A DNA stretch of 64,000 bases from Trichodelitschia bisporula. Taxonomy: Eukaryota. Below the pieces are notes generated by a model. It was given only the letters and a program-made list of their open reading frames with translations, did not search any database and was not told the DNA's origin. This document shows positions 38,616 to 50,716 of the stretch, one piece after another (position 1 is the stretch's first letter; each line of letters begins with the position of its first letter). The position numbers and the translations under genes were made by a program. The stretch covers positions 1,196,691-1,260,690 of the forward strand of contig ML996689.1 of assembly GCA_010356995.1 (NCBI GenBank), read 5' to 3'.

Positions 38616-38708
38616 TGTGGGTGCGCGGGTGATGTGGGAGCGTGGTTGATGTGGGTGCGTGGTTGATGTGAGTTCGTGGTTGATGTGGGTGCGTGGGTGA
38701 TGTGGGCG
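38612..38708. repeat. 17-nt tandem repeat (tgatgtgggtgcgtggt), about 6 copies
   Basis: Directly visible, starting at the TGA that ends ORF 38415..38615. Confidence 0.9.
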
Positions 38709-38998
38709 GATATTGTGTTGTATGTGTTGTGTGTTCTGCTAGAGTAAAATGTGATGAATCGATGCTCAAAGCTGGGGGGGCAGAAGACTATGTTCGATGA
38801 CTGACTTGTTTCGACGGAAACGAATGAGGGACTCGCTACTCCAGATACCGGCGCCAAGCCCAAACAGAACGACTGACTCCTACTGTACAACAGGGCCGTC
38901 CTTTCCGGACATATCCGCATCAACAGCTGAGTGTCGCAGGAACACCCCAAAACTAGACACCAGCCCACCCACCCCTAATGTCCCCAAAAACCCGATAC

Positions 38999-39414
38999 CT
39001 ACTCCGCCTTTTTCGCTTTCGCCTCCTCCTCCAACCGCTCCGACTGGTCCTCCCGCATCGCCACAACAACATACGCAATCAGCACCACATTCGCCATCAT
39101 AGCCGCAAAACCACCAGCGTACGACGAGTTTCCTAACCCAGTTAGAACCTTCACTCTAGTAATCCAGGCCAGTGCAAACCATTAAATAACGAATTCAGCG
39201 TGAAAAAGTACGACCCAATGGGCAACGTGACCATCGCAAATGTGAAGCTGAGCAACTTGACAATAACATTTCTTCACAGCGTTAGCATACTGGGTATTCT
39301 GTCCACGGAGAACACGTACGCAGGCACTGCAGGCCGGATGTCGGACACTGTCTCCGCGGGCGCGGGAGCTTTCTCAGTACTCAGCGCACTGGCGGGCGTG
39401 CGGCGCGTGGCCAT
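38999..39414 (-). CDS. VMA21: V-ATPase assembly factor Vma21
   Basis: Spliced (2 introns): MATRR..PAVPA/NVIVKLLSFTFAMVTLPIGSYFF../GNSSYAGGFAAMMANVVLIAYVVVAMREDQ..KKAE-stop, ending in a KKxx ER-retrieval motif. Confidence 0.92.
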
Positions 39415-39857
39415 TGTTGCCTTGAAAGTAGTGAAAGAGGGAGTCTCGGTATCTGGCAGGTATCCGGTTTTTGTTTTACGTATTTGTACTAGCCGTCCAG
39501 GTGCAGAGGAGCAAATAGGAAAGACGGGCTGGTGGATGGGGCGAAGTGAGGTTGAAACGAGGGGATGTACAAGGTGATGATGTGGCCAGAGTATTATTTT
39601 ATCACGGACGATATGACAGGAAATTGTTGATTTAACTACCGATGCAATGTTGCGATGCTTCACTGCCTGGATGATGCGGCGCATGCTCGCCAAGATGTGA
39701 GGTTGGAATAAAGCTGTGTGGGCCCCTGTCTCGTGTCACGTGGGAGCGCGGCGTATCGCGCGTTGGCCAGCATAGGGCTAATTTTGCAGGCGCGCCAATA
39801 TTCAACACCAGACAATACCACTTGGGGCAACATCAAGACAATCACAAACGCGCAAAA

Positions 39858-42800
39858 ATGGACTCGGATCCGATCGAGGACTCGTCCTCGCCTGTTATAA
39901 AGATGCGCAACCACTTAGCGCGATTCAGTTACTGCGCGTCGACGATATCGACCTCCTTGGCGCAAGAGCGCGCGTGTTTGCTGCCATTGACACGCAACAC
40001 GCTCCCATTGTCTTCGGAAAAACTCCTGGCAGCAGCCAAGCCATCGCGAAGAAGCCTGTGTGCACAGGCCACCGCGAGCTTGCATAAAGGTCGAGGAGTT
40101 TCCTTCAACCAACTTTCTTCCTCGTCCGTTACGTACTCTTCACCACATTCTCAGTTCCGAAAGTCAGCTCGGCAAACAACTGGAAAGTTACCTTTCAACC
40201 TGAGAACTCCTCTTTCTTCACCATCAACACCTTCCTCCTCGCCGCCACCTTCGAACCCGCCATCGACATCCGAGATGGCTCCTAGTAAGCGCGAGGTCGA
40301 CGACTTCGTGGTCTCAGACGATGGCGCCGAGCTTTTGCATGGGGGGGTTGCGGCCACTTTCAAGGCCTCCAGCAAGCAAATGCTGCCCGAGATCGAACGC
40401 CAGGAGCGTCTGTTTGCGGAGGGCGAGACGAACGGCGAGAAGGACGTCAAGAAGTCGAAGAAGGAAACGGTCAAAGAAGCCCAGGTCGAGCTGAAGGACC
40501 TCCTCGATGACGGGGTAAGAAGAAATATCACGCGCATGCGTCTCGTATTTCCCAACTTCCCAGAGTCCGATCTTCACCAAACACTTTTGCTAAATCATGG
40601 GAACGTTCAACAGGCAATGGCCGCTCTGGTCTCCGATGATGAAGAAGAAAGCGCCGAAGCACCGAAGAAGCGCCGCCGCCTTGTGCGTGGTCGCCGTCCT
40701 GCTCGCGCTCCGACTCCGTCTGATGACGATGATGTCGTGCTTCTCCCCGCCGCCCGCAAGCGCAAGAGCGCTCCTGCCAGTGTCCGACCCCCCACTAAGC
40801 GTCAACATCTCGAAGACCCCGCCACGGTCATCATGTCCGGCGTCAAGCGCGCAGCCGACCAGGCGGCTAAGCCTGTTCCTCCCACCAAGCGTCAAAATCT
40901 GGAAGATGTGTCCACGATCAAGTGCAGCACCAAGCGTGCTGCCTCTCGCGCGTCGACTGCTTCCCCCAAGCCGAAGAAGGCCCGCATCTCGGATTCAACT
41001 AACGACAACATTGTCGTTCCCGATTCGCCCGCCACGGTCGTTACCCTTTCGGACACCGACTCCGACTCTGATCATGACGAGGATCAAGAGGCTCTTACTG
41101 CCGCCGCCATCAACAAGCAGATTCTCGAGCTGGCCAACACCGCTTCCCTCGGAAAGCTGGTCGAGTTTACGAATTGCTCCCGTCGCAACGCGGAGCTCAT
41201 CATCGCTGAGCGCCCGCATCACGACGTCGACGATATCGACAATCTCAAGCACGGTGGCAAAGGTCGTTCGATCGGTCCTAGCGTTACCAACGCTGCCCGC
41301 AACGCTTTCACAGCTCTCAACGCTGTTGACGAGATTGTCGCCGAGTGCGACGTAGCCAAAGAGGAGATCAATGCTGTTGTCAAGACCTGGGGCGGTGAAG
41401 AAGGAATCTCGACCGAGGGTCTTTGTCTCAAAACATTCAGCAAGGCCGCAGAAGGCAATATTCAGATCCTGGGCAAGCCCCAGTCCATGGCTGAGAGCCT
41501 CATCATGAAGGACTACCAGCTTGTTGGCCTCAACTGGCTTAATCTTCTCTACGAGAAGAAAATGGGCGCGATCCTCGCTGATGACATGGGCTTGGGCAAG
41601 ACTGTCCAAGTCATATCCTTCCTTTCTCATCTCGCCGACAACGGCAATCCCGGACCTCATGTGGTGATCGCTCCGAACTCGGTCCTGGCCAACTGGGGCA
41701 AAGAGCTGGAAAAGTTCGCTCCCAACCTCACGTACATCACGTACCACGCGAAGGAAGCCGAGCGCAGGGAGATGGCATGGGAAATCCTGAAAGATCGGAC
41801 GAAGTACAATGTCATTCTGACGACGTACACCACGGCGTCGAACGATTACAAGGTTTTCCTTCGTAAGCTTGTTCCAGAGACGATGACCTTCGACGAAGGT
41901 CATATTATGAAGAATGCCGGCACCGCCTTGAGCATGCATCTCCTTTCGGTCGAAGCCAAGTTCCGCCTTGTCCTGACGGGCACCCCTCTTCAAAACAACC
42001 TTCAGGAACTGATGAATATGGTCAGGTTCATCATGCCGGCTCAGAGCTGCTTCCATCAGTACCAAGAGCAGCTCTCGACCTTTTTCAAACCGAAGAACCC
42101 GAAGCCTGATGCGGTGGACCTCCATACTGGTGTCGTGTACGATATGTGCGTCGAGCGTGCGCGTGCTATTGTCAAGCCGTTCATTCTGCGTCGTCAGAAG
42201 GAAAGTGTCCTTCAGGACCTCCCGCCGAAGAACCACCACTTCGTGCCTTGCAAGATGATGCCATTGCAGGAAGAGGTCTACAAGTACTTCGAGCAGAAGC
42301 ACCGGGACTGCATTGCTTCTAAGAAGCTCGTCCATGAGGGTCAACAGCCACCGAGGGACAAGGAAAACACCTTGATGAACCGTCGCCTAGCCGCAATCCA
42401 TCCTCTTCTCTTCGACCACCACTACCAGAAGGTCAGCCACAAAATGGAGAAGATAATGCAGCAGGTCTTGAAGCGCGAGTTAGGGAAGTGGAACAAGCAT
42501 GTCGAGAAGCAAGCCACGATTGTCCATGAAAACAATGACTTCCAAAACCACCAGTTGTGCATGGAAACTCCTGAGCTAGAGGAGTACATTTTGAAGAATC
42601 AAGAGTGGCTTGAATCAGGGAAGCTTCATGAGATGCTTCGCCTCCTGGAGGAGTTTGAGAAGGAAGGCGCGAAATCCTTGATCTTCTCCCAGTTTACGAA
42701 CGTTCTAGATATCATTGAAGCCGCGCTCAATGATCACGACATCAAATTCGTGCGCCTGGATGGCGCGACGCACACGGATGACCGCGAGAACCTGATTGAG

Positions 42801-43229
42801 GAGTTCCACAATGATCCGGAGATCAAGGTGTTCCTCATCACGACAAAAACTGGCGGCGCTGGCATCAACCTCGCTTGCGCGAACAAAGTCATCATCTTTG
42901 ATACGTCTTTCAACCCCCAGGACGACGTTCAGGCTGAGAACCGCGCCCATCGTGTTGGGCAGATGAAGCCTGTGGACGTTTATCGTCTTGTCACCGAGAA
43001 CAGCATCGAAGAAGAAATCTTGGAGATGCACCAGTCGAAGCTGCTGCTCGATCAGCGCATTTCGGACCTGGACCCGGAGAAGACGGCCCAGAAGCTGGGA
43101 GCCCAACTTGAGAAGAAGATTGAGGCGGAGTTTCTGAAGTCCGATGAGTTTAAGAAACAGGAGGAAGAGTTTCAGCACGAGGCCCGCTACCGGAAGGGCT
43201 ACTATATGGAAAAAGGCGGCGACGAGTGA
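39858..43229 (+). CDS. SNF2-family chromatin remodeller, Fun30/SMARCAD1-like (start 39858 or 40274)
   Basis: CUE-like FPNFP..LLLNHGNVQQAMAAL, LADDMGLGKT, DEGH, LTGTPLQNNL, LIFSQF, GGAGINL and QAENRAHRVGQ. Confidence 0.88.
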   Translation: MDSDPIEDSSSPVIKMRNHLARFSYCASTISTSLAQERACLLPLTRNTLPLSSEKLLAAAKPSRRSLCAQATASLHKGRGVSFNQLSSSSVTYSSPHSQFRKSARQTTGKLPFNLRTPLSSPSTPSSSPPPSNPPSTSEMAPSKREVDDFVVSDDGAELLHGGVAATFKASSKQMLPEIERQERLFAEGETNGEKDVKKSKKETVKEAQVELKDLLDDGVRRNITRMRLVFPNFPESDLHQTLLLNHGNVQQAMAALVSDDEEESAEAPKKRRRLVRGRRPARAPTPSDDDDVVLLPAARKRKSAPASVRPPTKRQHLEDPATVIMSGVKRAADQAAKPVPPTKRQNLEDVSTIKCSTKRAASRASTASPKPKKARISDSTNDNIVVPDSPATVVTLSDTDSDSDHDEDQEALTAAAINKQILELANTASLGKLVEFTNCSRRNAELIIAERPHHDVDDIDNLKHGGKGRSIGPSVTNAARNAFTALNAVDEIVAECDVAKEEINAVVKTWGGEEGISTEGLCLKTFSKAAEGNIQILGKPQSMAESLIMKDYQLVGLNWLNLLYEKKMGAILADDMGLGKTVQVISFLSHLADNGNPGPHVVIAPNSVLANWGKELEKFAPNLTYITYHAKEAERREMAWEILKDRTKYNVILTTYTTASNDYKVFLRKLVPETMTFDEGHIMKNAGTALSMHLLSVEAKFRLVLTGTPLQNNLQELMNMVRFIMPAQSCFHQYQEQLSTFFKPKNPKPDAVDLHTGVVYDMCVERARAIVKPFILRRQKESVLQDLPPKNHHFVPCKMMPLQEEVYKYFEQKHRDCIASKKLVHEGQQPPRDKENTLMNRRLAAIHPLLFDHHYQKVSHKMEKIMQQVLKRELGKWNKHVEKQATIVHENNDFQNHQLCMETPELEEYILKNQEWLESGKLHEMLRLLEEFEKEGAKSLIFSQFTNVLDIIEAALNDHDIKFVRLDGATHTDDRENLIEEFHNDPEIKVFLITTKTGGAGINLACANKVIIFDTSFNPQDDVQAENRAHRVGQMKPVDVYRLVTENSIEEEILEMHQSKLLLDQRISDLDPEKTAQKLGAQLEKKIEAEFLKSDEFKKQEEEFQHEARYRKGYYMEKGGDE

Positions 43230-44165
43230 GCGTGGGGCGAGTGGACTGCGGCTGGGAATGGCTGATGTGGAGCGTTTAGCGATCGGCGATGCTTTAGGTT
43301 AGCATCCCTAGAAGAATCTTGCCTTCAACTGCTTTGAATGATGTGATGTTCATGATGATGTTCCAAAGGATTGTCGTTGACTCTGAGGTATCTCATGGTC
43401 AGTACAGGGTATAGGTATATGAATGACGTGCTGTTTCAAGGGCCTATCAACGTATATACCGTACTGGTTCCATGTCGTAGATCGGTCCCCGATCCACCAT
43501 TATCCTGGGATATACGCCGTTTCCTCGTATATTGTCCAACAACATGATAGCAATTGAGCTACATCGGATACTCAGAGATCCAAACCCGTTCCCCCAACCC
43601 ACACTCCGAACCTGAAGTGCATCCTTACCTCGCGCAGTCCATCGCGGGCCCCGCCGATCGCTGCACGCCCCACGATACAACAGTTAGCCGTTCCCTATCG
43701 CGCCACGTGCACATGCACGCAACCGCAAGTCATCCCGGCCATTAAGGTTACGGCGCAATCAAAACCGGTGATAACTCCGGATTCTCTGAGCCCTCAAAAT
43801 AATCCCGATCCACGCTGGGAATACTCTATGCAACGAACGTACCACCCTCGCTTCCTCCTGCCCAACCCCCCCGGCCAGCGTCCTGATCTAATCGGCCCGT
43901 CGACCAATCACGCAATAACGCGGGGTCATAGGCCACACTTGCCAGGCCCGCCAGGATGCTAGTTGCGCGGCGCCGCGACCGGTCGCCGGGACAGATTCTC
44001 CAGGCGTTGCGCAGCGCTGGGATCGGACACGCCCGTTGCGCCCCTTCGTGCTGTTCTGGTCTGCCCTGCGACTCCGGGGCGCCTTCCATGTACTTTGAGC
44101 GATACAGTCAATTGTAGTACTCTTTTTGTTGATCTATTTTCTGACAAATGGGCGGGGACTTGGGT

Positions 44166-45532
44166 ATGGAGGCTACACGATCGCCTTCGGCGGAGAAGAA
44201 GAGTCCAAGCCCGGTGCAAGTTGCGGGGAGTGATGGTGGCACAGAGAGTTTGGGGTTCGGGCACGACGAGGGCTATGCGGACAGCTCGGTGGAGAGTATC
44301 GAGGTTGAGGTTTGGGTACGTATCGCATGTCAGTGAGAGATAGAACCGTGCTCATGGCAGTGCTTAGGACCATGATTCCTCATACGGTGATGAGCTGTGC
44401 GTTCATCCTCCAGCCCGTGGTCGTGTGAGGTGGCTAACATCGCGCAGACAATCGATGACAACGTCACTATCGTCGACCGCATACCATTTCGTCGAGGAAC
44501 ATGGAAGGACATATCACTCTTACCGACAAGGACGTACGTTCCCCCCATCTCTACGCTCTTGCTTTCTCTCTGTCGACGCATCCAACGAACCACACGCTAA
44601 GATCACTAGGATACAAGCTCCCCAACGACGAAATCGAAGCAGACAGACTCGACATCCACCACGCCCTCGTCCTCGCCATCATGCACGGCGAGCTGAACCT
44701 CGCGCCTATAGCAGGAGATATCGAGTCGGCAATCGATCTGGGAACAGGCACAGGCATCTGGGCTATGGACTTCGCGGACGCACATCCAAACACAGACTTA
44801 AAAGCCAACGACCTCACCCCGGTCCAACAACACATGGTCCCCCCCAAACTCGAGTTCATCGTCGACGACATCGAAGACGAATGGCTCTACGAGCACACAC
44901 CCTTCGACTACGTACACGGGCGCTTCCTCGCCGGCGCCATCCTGAACTGGCCCCGGCTGATCCAGCAAGCATACACGTGCACCAAGCCCCTAGGCTGGGT
45001 CGAATTCCAGGAGTGGGACACGCGAATATATTCCGCAGATGGCACGCTGCACCCCTCGCACTCGCTCCAGACATTCCACAATATCACAAGCGACGCGCAC
45101 GAGAAGCGCGGGTTCGATATGAGCCCCGGCAAGAAACTGCAGGGCTGGTTGCGCGATGCCGGGTTTATCAATATTGTTGCGAAGAGGTATGTTGTGCCGC
45201 TGGGGATGTGGGCGAAGGATAAGCACTATGTAAGTGATGCAGTCAGGTCTGGTGGTGTGGGATGTGAGGCTTATGGATGCAGAAAACCATCGGCGCGTAC
45301 AACTTCCTGCAGATGAAGCAGGCGTTTGAGGGCATTGCCCTCGGCACTTTGACGCAGGATGGGTGGACGGTGGAGGAGTGCCAGATTCTGGCGGCGAAGA
45401 CGCTGACCGATGCGAAGGATCCGAAGATACATTCGCAGTATGACTTGTAAGTCTCCATCCTCCTTTCGTCACTGGTGGAAACTGGCTCACGCCACTAGTT
45501 ATGTTGTCTATGGGCAAAAGCCTGCTGGGTAG
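44166..45532 (+). CDS. LaeA-like class I SAM-dependent methyltransferase, multi-exon
   Basis: EHGRTYHSYR, LPNDEIEADRLD, DLGTGTGIWAMDFAD, FDYVHGR, GWVEFQE; ends VVYGQKP. Confidence 0.9.
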
Positions 45533-46052
45533 CGTCGTTCACTACTGTACGGTACATTAAAGCGAGCTTGGGGTTTGGTATTTTTTTTTCTCTACCGGGG
45601 GGAATGGTGGTCGGGACATTTTTGGCTCCGGTTGGGGAGCTTGGATGGAGCTTTGGACGAGAGATTCCCCTTTTGATATACGAGTTTTGATATCGGGATC
45701 CTACAAACCCATGAAACACTTTGGCCAGTTCTATCCCATTAGCATGAATCCATCATTGACATTCTGCTATGAACTGACGGCCCGATCACCTGACAGGCCG
45801 CCTTAGGGTGGATACTCCGGCCCTTTAGCGCCCCTCCGGCATATCCTAGCGCCTCATCCTCTCGGCATTCTCACTAGCCTCACCATCGCGATAGCTAGAA
45901 CTAGGCATTAGTCAACCTCCGGCCCAGAACTAAAGCCAGGGGTCCCCCCAACCTCGAACCCGAGTATTCGAAACCCATTGAACTGGAACCATTGCCCGCA
46001 CATCACTTTATGTTAGCACTCAATTGAAGCTTCTAATCCAATATCTATCCCA

Positions 46053-47418
46053 ATGGCCGATCCCGCTGGCCTACCTCCGTACGCCGACGAATGGCTCAAG
46101 GTACACTCTCCCCTCCCCTACCCCGCACCCACATCCCCGGGGATGCCAGGGTCAGATCCTTTCCCCAGCGCGCAGTGCGACGTCCTGTACAACGTAGTAC
46201 AACGATGTGCCGCAGCTCGTGGGCCATTCAAGAACAGGCCCGAATGGGCTCGGGCTCTGATATTGGATCTTGAGCAGAGGCCATGAACACGAGCTAACAC
46301 ACCCAGGCCGAAGCCCAAATGGGCGGACGCTTTGTCCTCAAGGGCAACGTCGATGATATCCGCGCTCAATTTACGGGGCTCTTCGCCGGGCTCGCGGGCA
46401 TGCTCCCCCCTCCTTCGGATCGTGTCTCGGCTGTAGACGAGACGGTCCCGGGCGGGCCGGCTGTGCGCGTGTACACGCCTGTCGAGGCGGCGAAGGCGGG
46501 GGAGTTGCCGATTGGGTTGTAGTAAGTGCGTTCCTGGGGCGAGCGGGGAAGGGGCTGACGGGGTAGTATCCACTCTGGCGGGTTCGTGGTTGGGTCGAAG
46601 GAAGCTGAGGACCGTGAGTGGTGCTTGGTGTAGGGATTTGAGGGAGGGGCTGATGGGGACAGATATCGTAAGAGATATTGCCCAGCGCGTGCCCATGGTG
46701 CTGGTCTCGACGGATTACCGCCTTGCGCCTGAGAATCCGTTCCCGGCCGGGCTGGAGGATTGCGTGAGCGCGTATCGCTGGGTGGGTTCAGGTTCAGGGT
46801 TCAGGGTGGTGGGGCTGACGGGGACAGATGCTCGAGAATGCGACCCGTTTTGGGGCTCGGCCCGGGCCGGCGGTTATCATGGGTGGGTCGGCTGGTGGAA
46901 ACCTCAGCGCGGCCGTGGCGCTGAAGTTGGCGGATGAGCCGGATGTCAAGCCGCGCGGGATTGTGGTTGCGGCGGCGAGCACGGTGCATCCTGACTTCAT
47001 TCCCGAGGAGTATAAGAGCTACTGGCATCCTGAGCGGGTGGCGGATGCGGCGCTACTGAATCGCGAGGCGATGATGGCGTGTCTCGGTAAGTAGTTCTGA
47101 CTGAGGGTTGGAAGTGATGCTGACGGGATAGATGTTGTTGGCGCTGCGCCTACTGAGCCGCTGTTTTCGCTGCTTTTGAATCCTGAGCTCAAGAAGCTGC
47201 CGCGCACGTGGTTGGTTGCGAGCGATAAGGATCCGACGCATGATGAGATGCTCATGTTTGCGGATAAGTTGCAGAAAGAGGGCGTTGATTCGCAGCTTAC
47301 GGTGTATGAGGGGTATCCACATTTCTTTTGGATGCTGCCGATGCTGGCCAAGACGCAGGAGATGATGGATACTTGGGCGCAGCAGCTAAGGCGGATGCTT
47401 GGGACGGAGGAAGCATAG
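46053..47418 (+). CDS. Alpha/beta hydrolase, hormone-sensitive-lipase family esterase, multi-exon
   Basis: HSGG oxyanion motif, [23 protein letters not shown] nucleophile elbow, DPTHD and GYPHFF. Confidence 0.9.
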
Positions 47419-48083
47419 GAGCTAGGATTGGGAGTGCTTGTATATAGACATGCTGGAGATGGGAGGCTTTCGTTAGCACTGGAGACTTTGGATATTGAGC
47501 ACTATGCTTTTTTGGACTAGGTTGAAGTCAGACATCATTCACCATCGAGGCCTTGATCATCGTGACGCTAAGCAGAAAGTCAAGATGCTGAGATGAGTAG
47601 CGAAGCCGCTCTATGACGACATTCCTACGAGGCACGTATCTGTCGTTAGCCAATTGCTGCTTAGGGCGCAGTGCAGCTGATGGGAGCAAAGCTCCAACAT
47701 AGGCAACGGCAACTGTGTCAACTGAAGATTGAAGTTGAAGAAGAAGAGAGGAAGAGAGGAAGGGACTCTCTCGAGACTTAGATACGCGATGCCAGGTGTC
47801 CCCCTTGACTCCTTCCCTCTATCATGCGCTCATTACATCATGTCTCTTACAACTCGAACTAGAACTAGAATGCGCCTCCCCGACATAACAATGCTCCCTC
47901 CACGTCCACATCAGCAGCCTTGTTTGACCTCTCCATCAAACATCATCTCACCAAACACGATGGCACAGACCTATCTCGGTCTTAGTATAAAAACCGGACG
48001 CTTCCCGCTTTAATGCCACACTATCTTCCTCCTACTAAATTACCACCCTTCATTCGATTGTAGTGTGAGCCGCACAGCATAAA

Positions 48084-48270
48084 CGGACGCAGGTTCCTCT
48101 TACGCCTGAATACGCCATCACGATCCACAAAAGCCAAGGCATTACAGCGGGCAGTTCTCAACATTGCTCACAAGGATTTCGCCCCTGATCTCTCCTATGT
48201 CGCGGTATCGCGCATCAAGAGCTTAGTAGGCGTCATGTTTGAAGAGCCGTCCGATTTACGCCGGTTTACC
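48084..48270 (+). mobile_element. Relic of a PIF1-family helicase C-terminus (Helitron-like transposon fragment), frameshifted
   Basis: RTQVPLTPEYAITIHKSQGIT, frameshift, then AVLNIAHKDFAPDLSYVAVSRIKSLVGVMFEEP, matching PIF1 motifs V/VI (AITxHKSQG, YVAxSR). Confidence 0.8.
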
Positions 48271-49127
48271 CCGCGGGTCAACGACAGCGACAGTACCCCA
48301 TCTGCGTCATCCATCAGCAGCGAAGCACCGGAGGCGGCAAAGAGTGAAATGCTCTCCACCGCGAAGTTGGTACATATACCGTCTCCACTTGCAAGAGCTC
48401 ACGATGTCGTTGACAGAAGTCGCCTGTCTGACCGCCCGTATAACGGTAAGCACGTTGGACCGTACGCCTCTCCCGGTTCGCCATGAGTTTAGACAATAAG
48501 CCTTCAGGCTTGGTAGACTTCTTCATAAAAGAGCTCAGCACATACTGGAAGCGTTCCATCGCCAAAGGATGTCCTGGTATTTCCAAAACCGGCGTCCGCT
48601 TCTGTAGGTCCAATATCTGGGGGCGGGGGTGATGACGAAAGCAATACATCCCGATGCCGGCTCCCGAACAAGAACACTTCAGATCCATTGTGGAGCAAGA
48701 CGTCCTATCATTAGGGCTGTAGCTGCAAGTTCACGACAACCTCGAGGCGAATATGGGACAGGAACTGGAGGCTTTGTGACCCTTGAGGGCGGCGTGAGAG
48801 TGTAAGAGTGAACGAGGTTTGCATCAGGACTGACGGCGAAGGACTCAGGGTACGCGCATTGTATAATTCAAGGGAATGCATCTTCTGTTGCACGAGGTGA
48901 GCGTGGGCCATCTCGCTCCCCAATCACCAGCAAGACCCTGGCGCCCGTAATACAGGGCTGGCGTGGCTGGGTACCACGGCGCAACCCGAACACAAGCTTT
49001 GATACTTCCGAGCCCTCGTCCATCAGCCAAACTTCAGCAACAGAAACGAATCCTCGCATTGGTATCCAAGCAACCAGCAGTAGTAATATTAACACATCAC
49101 CAAACAAACAGCCTCCACATTCACAGC

Positions 49128-49727
49128 CTACAACATAACCGCCAACCCGAGCACACCCGCCGCTCCCGCCATACCCGCAGCAATCAACCCCGTCGGCCGC
49201 GCCGCCGCCCCATTCCCACTCTGCTGCGCCGCGCCCACAGTGCCAGTCGCCTTCGCGCCGCTCTGCGTCCCGGTGCCAGCGCCCGTTCCGGTCTGCGCCG
49301 CGCTGGCCTTCCCGGTCTTCGCACCGTTCGTCGCTGCCGTGCACACGCTCGGCAGGCTCAAGCCGGAGGTGAACTGGTTCAGCTCGGAGGAGTGCTTATC
49401 GGCCCAGCTCACGGCCGCGAGCTCGTAGCTGGTGAGCGCAGACTTCACGTCCGCGGGGAGCGACTTGAACCAGCCCGGCGTGGAGGTCAGGAGTTCGCAG
49501 CCGTAGTCCGCGTTGGTGAGGACAGACTGGGGGATGGCGGTTGCGAGGACGGAGAGAGCGCTGGAGGGGAGGGTGGGCATATCCGATGTGATGGCTTGGA
49601 GGGCGGAGGCGGCGCTCAGGAGGGAGGCGGTGTCCAGGTCGGACATGGTGAAGTCCTGACGCTTTTGGATGGGCTCGGCGATGGCGGCGGTGGCCGCGAG
49701 GGCGAGGACGAGGATGTTGGAGAGCAT
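49128..49727 (-). CDS. Secreted Ser/Thr/Ala-rich, probably GPI-anchored cell-surface protein
   Basis: Signal peptide MLSNILVLALAATAAIA, KR site, PGWFKSLPADVKS core, hydrophobic C-terminus after GNGAA. Confidence 0.82.
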   Translation of the reverse strand: MLSNILVLALAATAAIAEPIQKRQDFTMSDLDTASLLSAASALQAITSDMPTLPSSALSVLATAIPQSVLTNADYGCELLTSTPGWFKSLPADVKSALTSYELAAVSWADKHSSELNQFTSGLSLPSVCTAATNGAKTGKASAAQTGTGAGTGTQSGAKATGTVGAAQQSGNGAAARPTGLIAAGMAGAAGVLGLAVML

Positions 49728-50716
49728 GGTGATGGTTTTTGGTGGGAGAGTGAGGTTAATGCGTGGGTGCCGTGGTGGGAGAGTGAGTGAGTAGCGACGG
49801 ATACGCGTGAGCAAAAGGTATATTCGAGAGAGCGACGAGAAAGACGAAAGACGGTGGGTGGTATGCGTGAGATTTGGGGTGTCGGGTCATGAAATAGCCT
49901 CCGTGAGGAGGCGGGCAGGCGCCGCCTGCAGCGGCTTGAAACGCGCTGACTGGACGCCAGCGGTCGGGATGCGGCACGGCTGCGCTATCGCAATCTGAAA
50001 AACACGACTCACACGAGCGGGGAGGCTGCTGTGGCGCGTTTGCTGGGGGCGAGATCTTCAGCTCGTGTTGATCCTGAACCGCCTCGTAGATCTACCTCCT
50101 TTTTTAACCTGTGAAAAGTTTGTATCTACACACCTACCGTAAAAACAGAATGCCGCCCAAACAAGTCATGAGAAAATACTGTTTGCAACTTCAGTACCAT
50201 CACCAAACCTTCACACCTCCTGTGTCGCCCCGCACTACAGCAATAGCGGTCCCACTTTCCTCCAAAAATATCAAGGGCCCCACACAAAGAGAAACGGGAG
50301 GTGGCGCGAGTACGATGTGGCGCAGCACATTCCCTGTCGCGCGGCATTTTTCCCTGTCACGCGATCACGTGGAGCCGTTGTTCACGGGGGGCTAAACCAT
50401 TGCTGCCTAGCACCGGCGCCTATTTCAATCTCGCGGCGGGGAGCGCTCCAGCCCCTGGCGCTGACCGGTGTGGCCCCGACCCGAAACAAACAGGTGGAGA
50501 CGACGCAGGGGCCAGATGGGGGTCAGGAGAAGCTTTTGTGGCGTTTGATCGGAAGATGCCGCTGCGGACCAAAGACATGGCATCGCAACACGAACGAGGC
50601 TGAGACGGCCCCCACAGCAGAGTGGAGATAACACCGGCGGAACCGGTGCAACGTGATTGCAGACATGCACATAACGTGATTATAAATCCAGCGATGTCTC
50701 TGGCAAGCTCGCCCCC

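Noticed and set aside
38612..38708. CRISPR-like regular repeats
   Set aside because: Head-to-tail minisatellite with no unique spacers, no cas genes, eukaryotic context.
40995..42344. 449-aa minus-strand ORF within the SNF2 gene
   Set aside because: Antisense shadow of a well-supported gene.
45935..45980. GGTTCGA B-box-like motif on the minus strand (possible tRNA/SINE)
   Set aside because: No cloverleaf or A-box could be built around it.
44166..47418. Secondary-metabolite cluster (methyltransferase plus esterase)
   Set aside because: No PKS, NRPS, terpene synthase or other backbone enzyme in the window.
48314..48923. Minus-strand ORFs with a few Cys next to the PIF1 relic
   Set aside because: No recognisable domain; possibly TE debris but unsupported.
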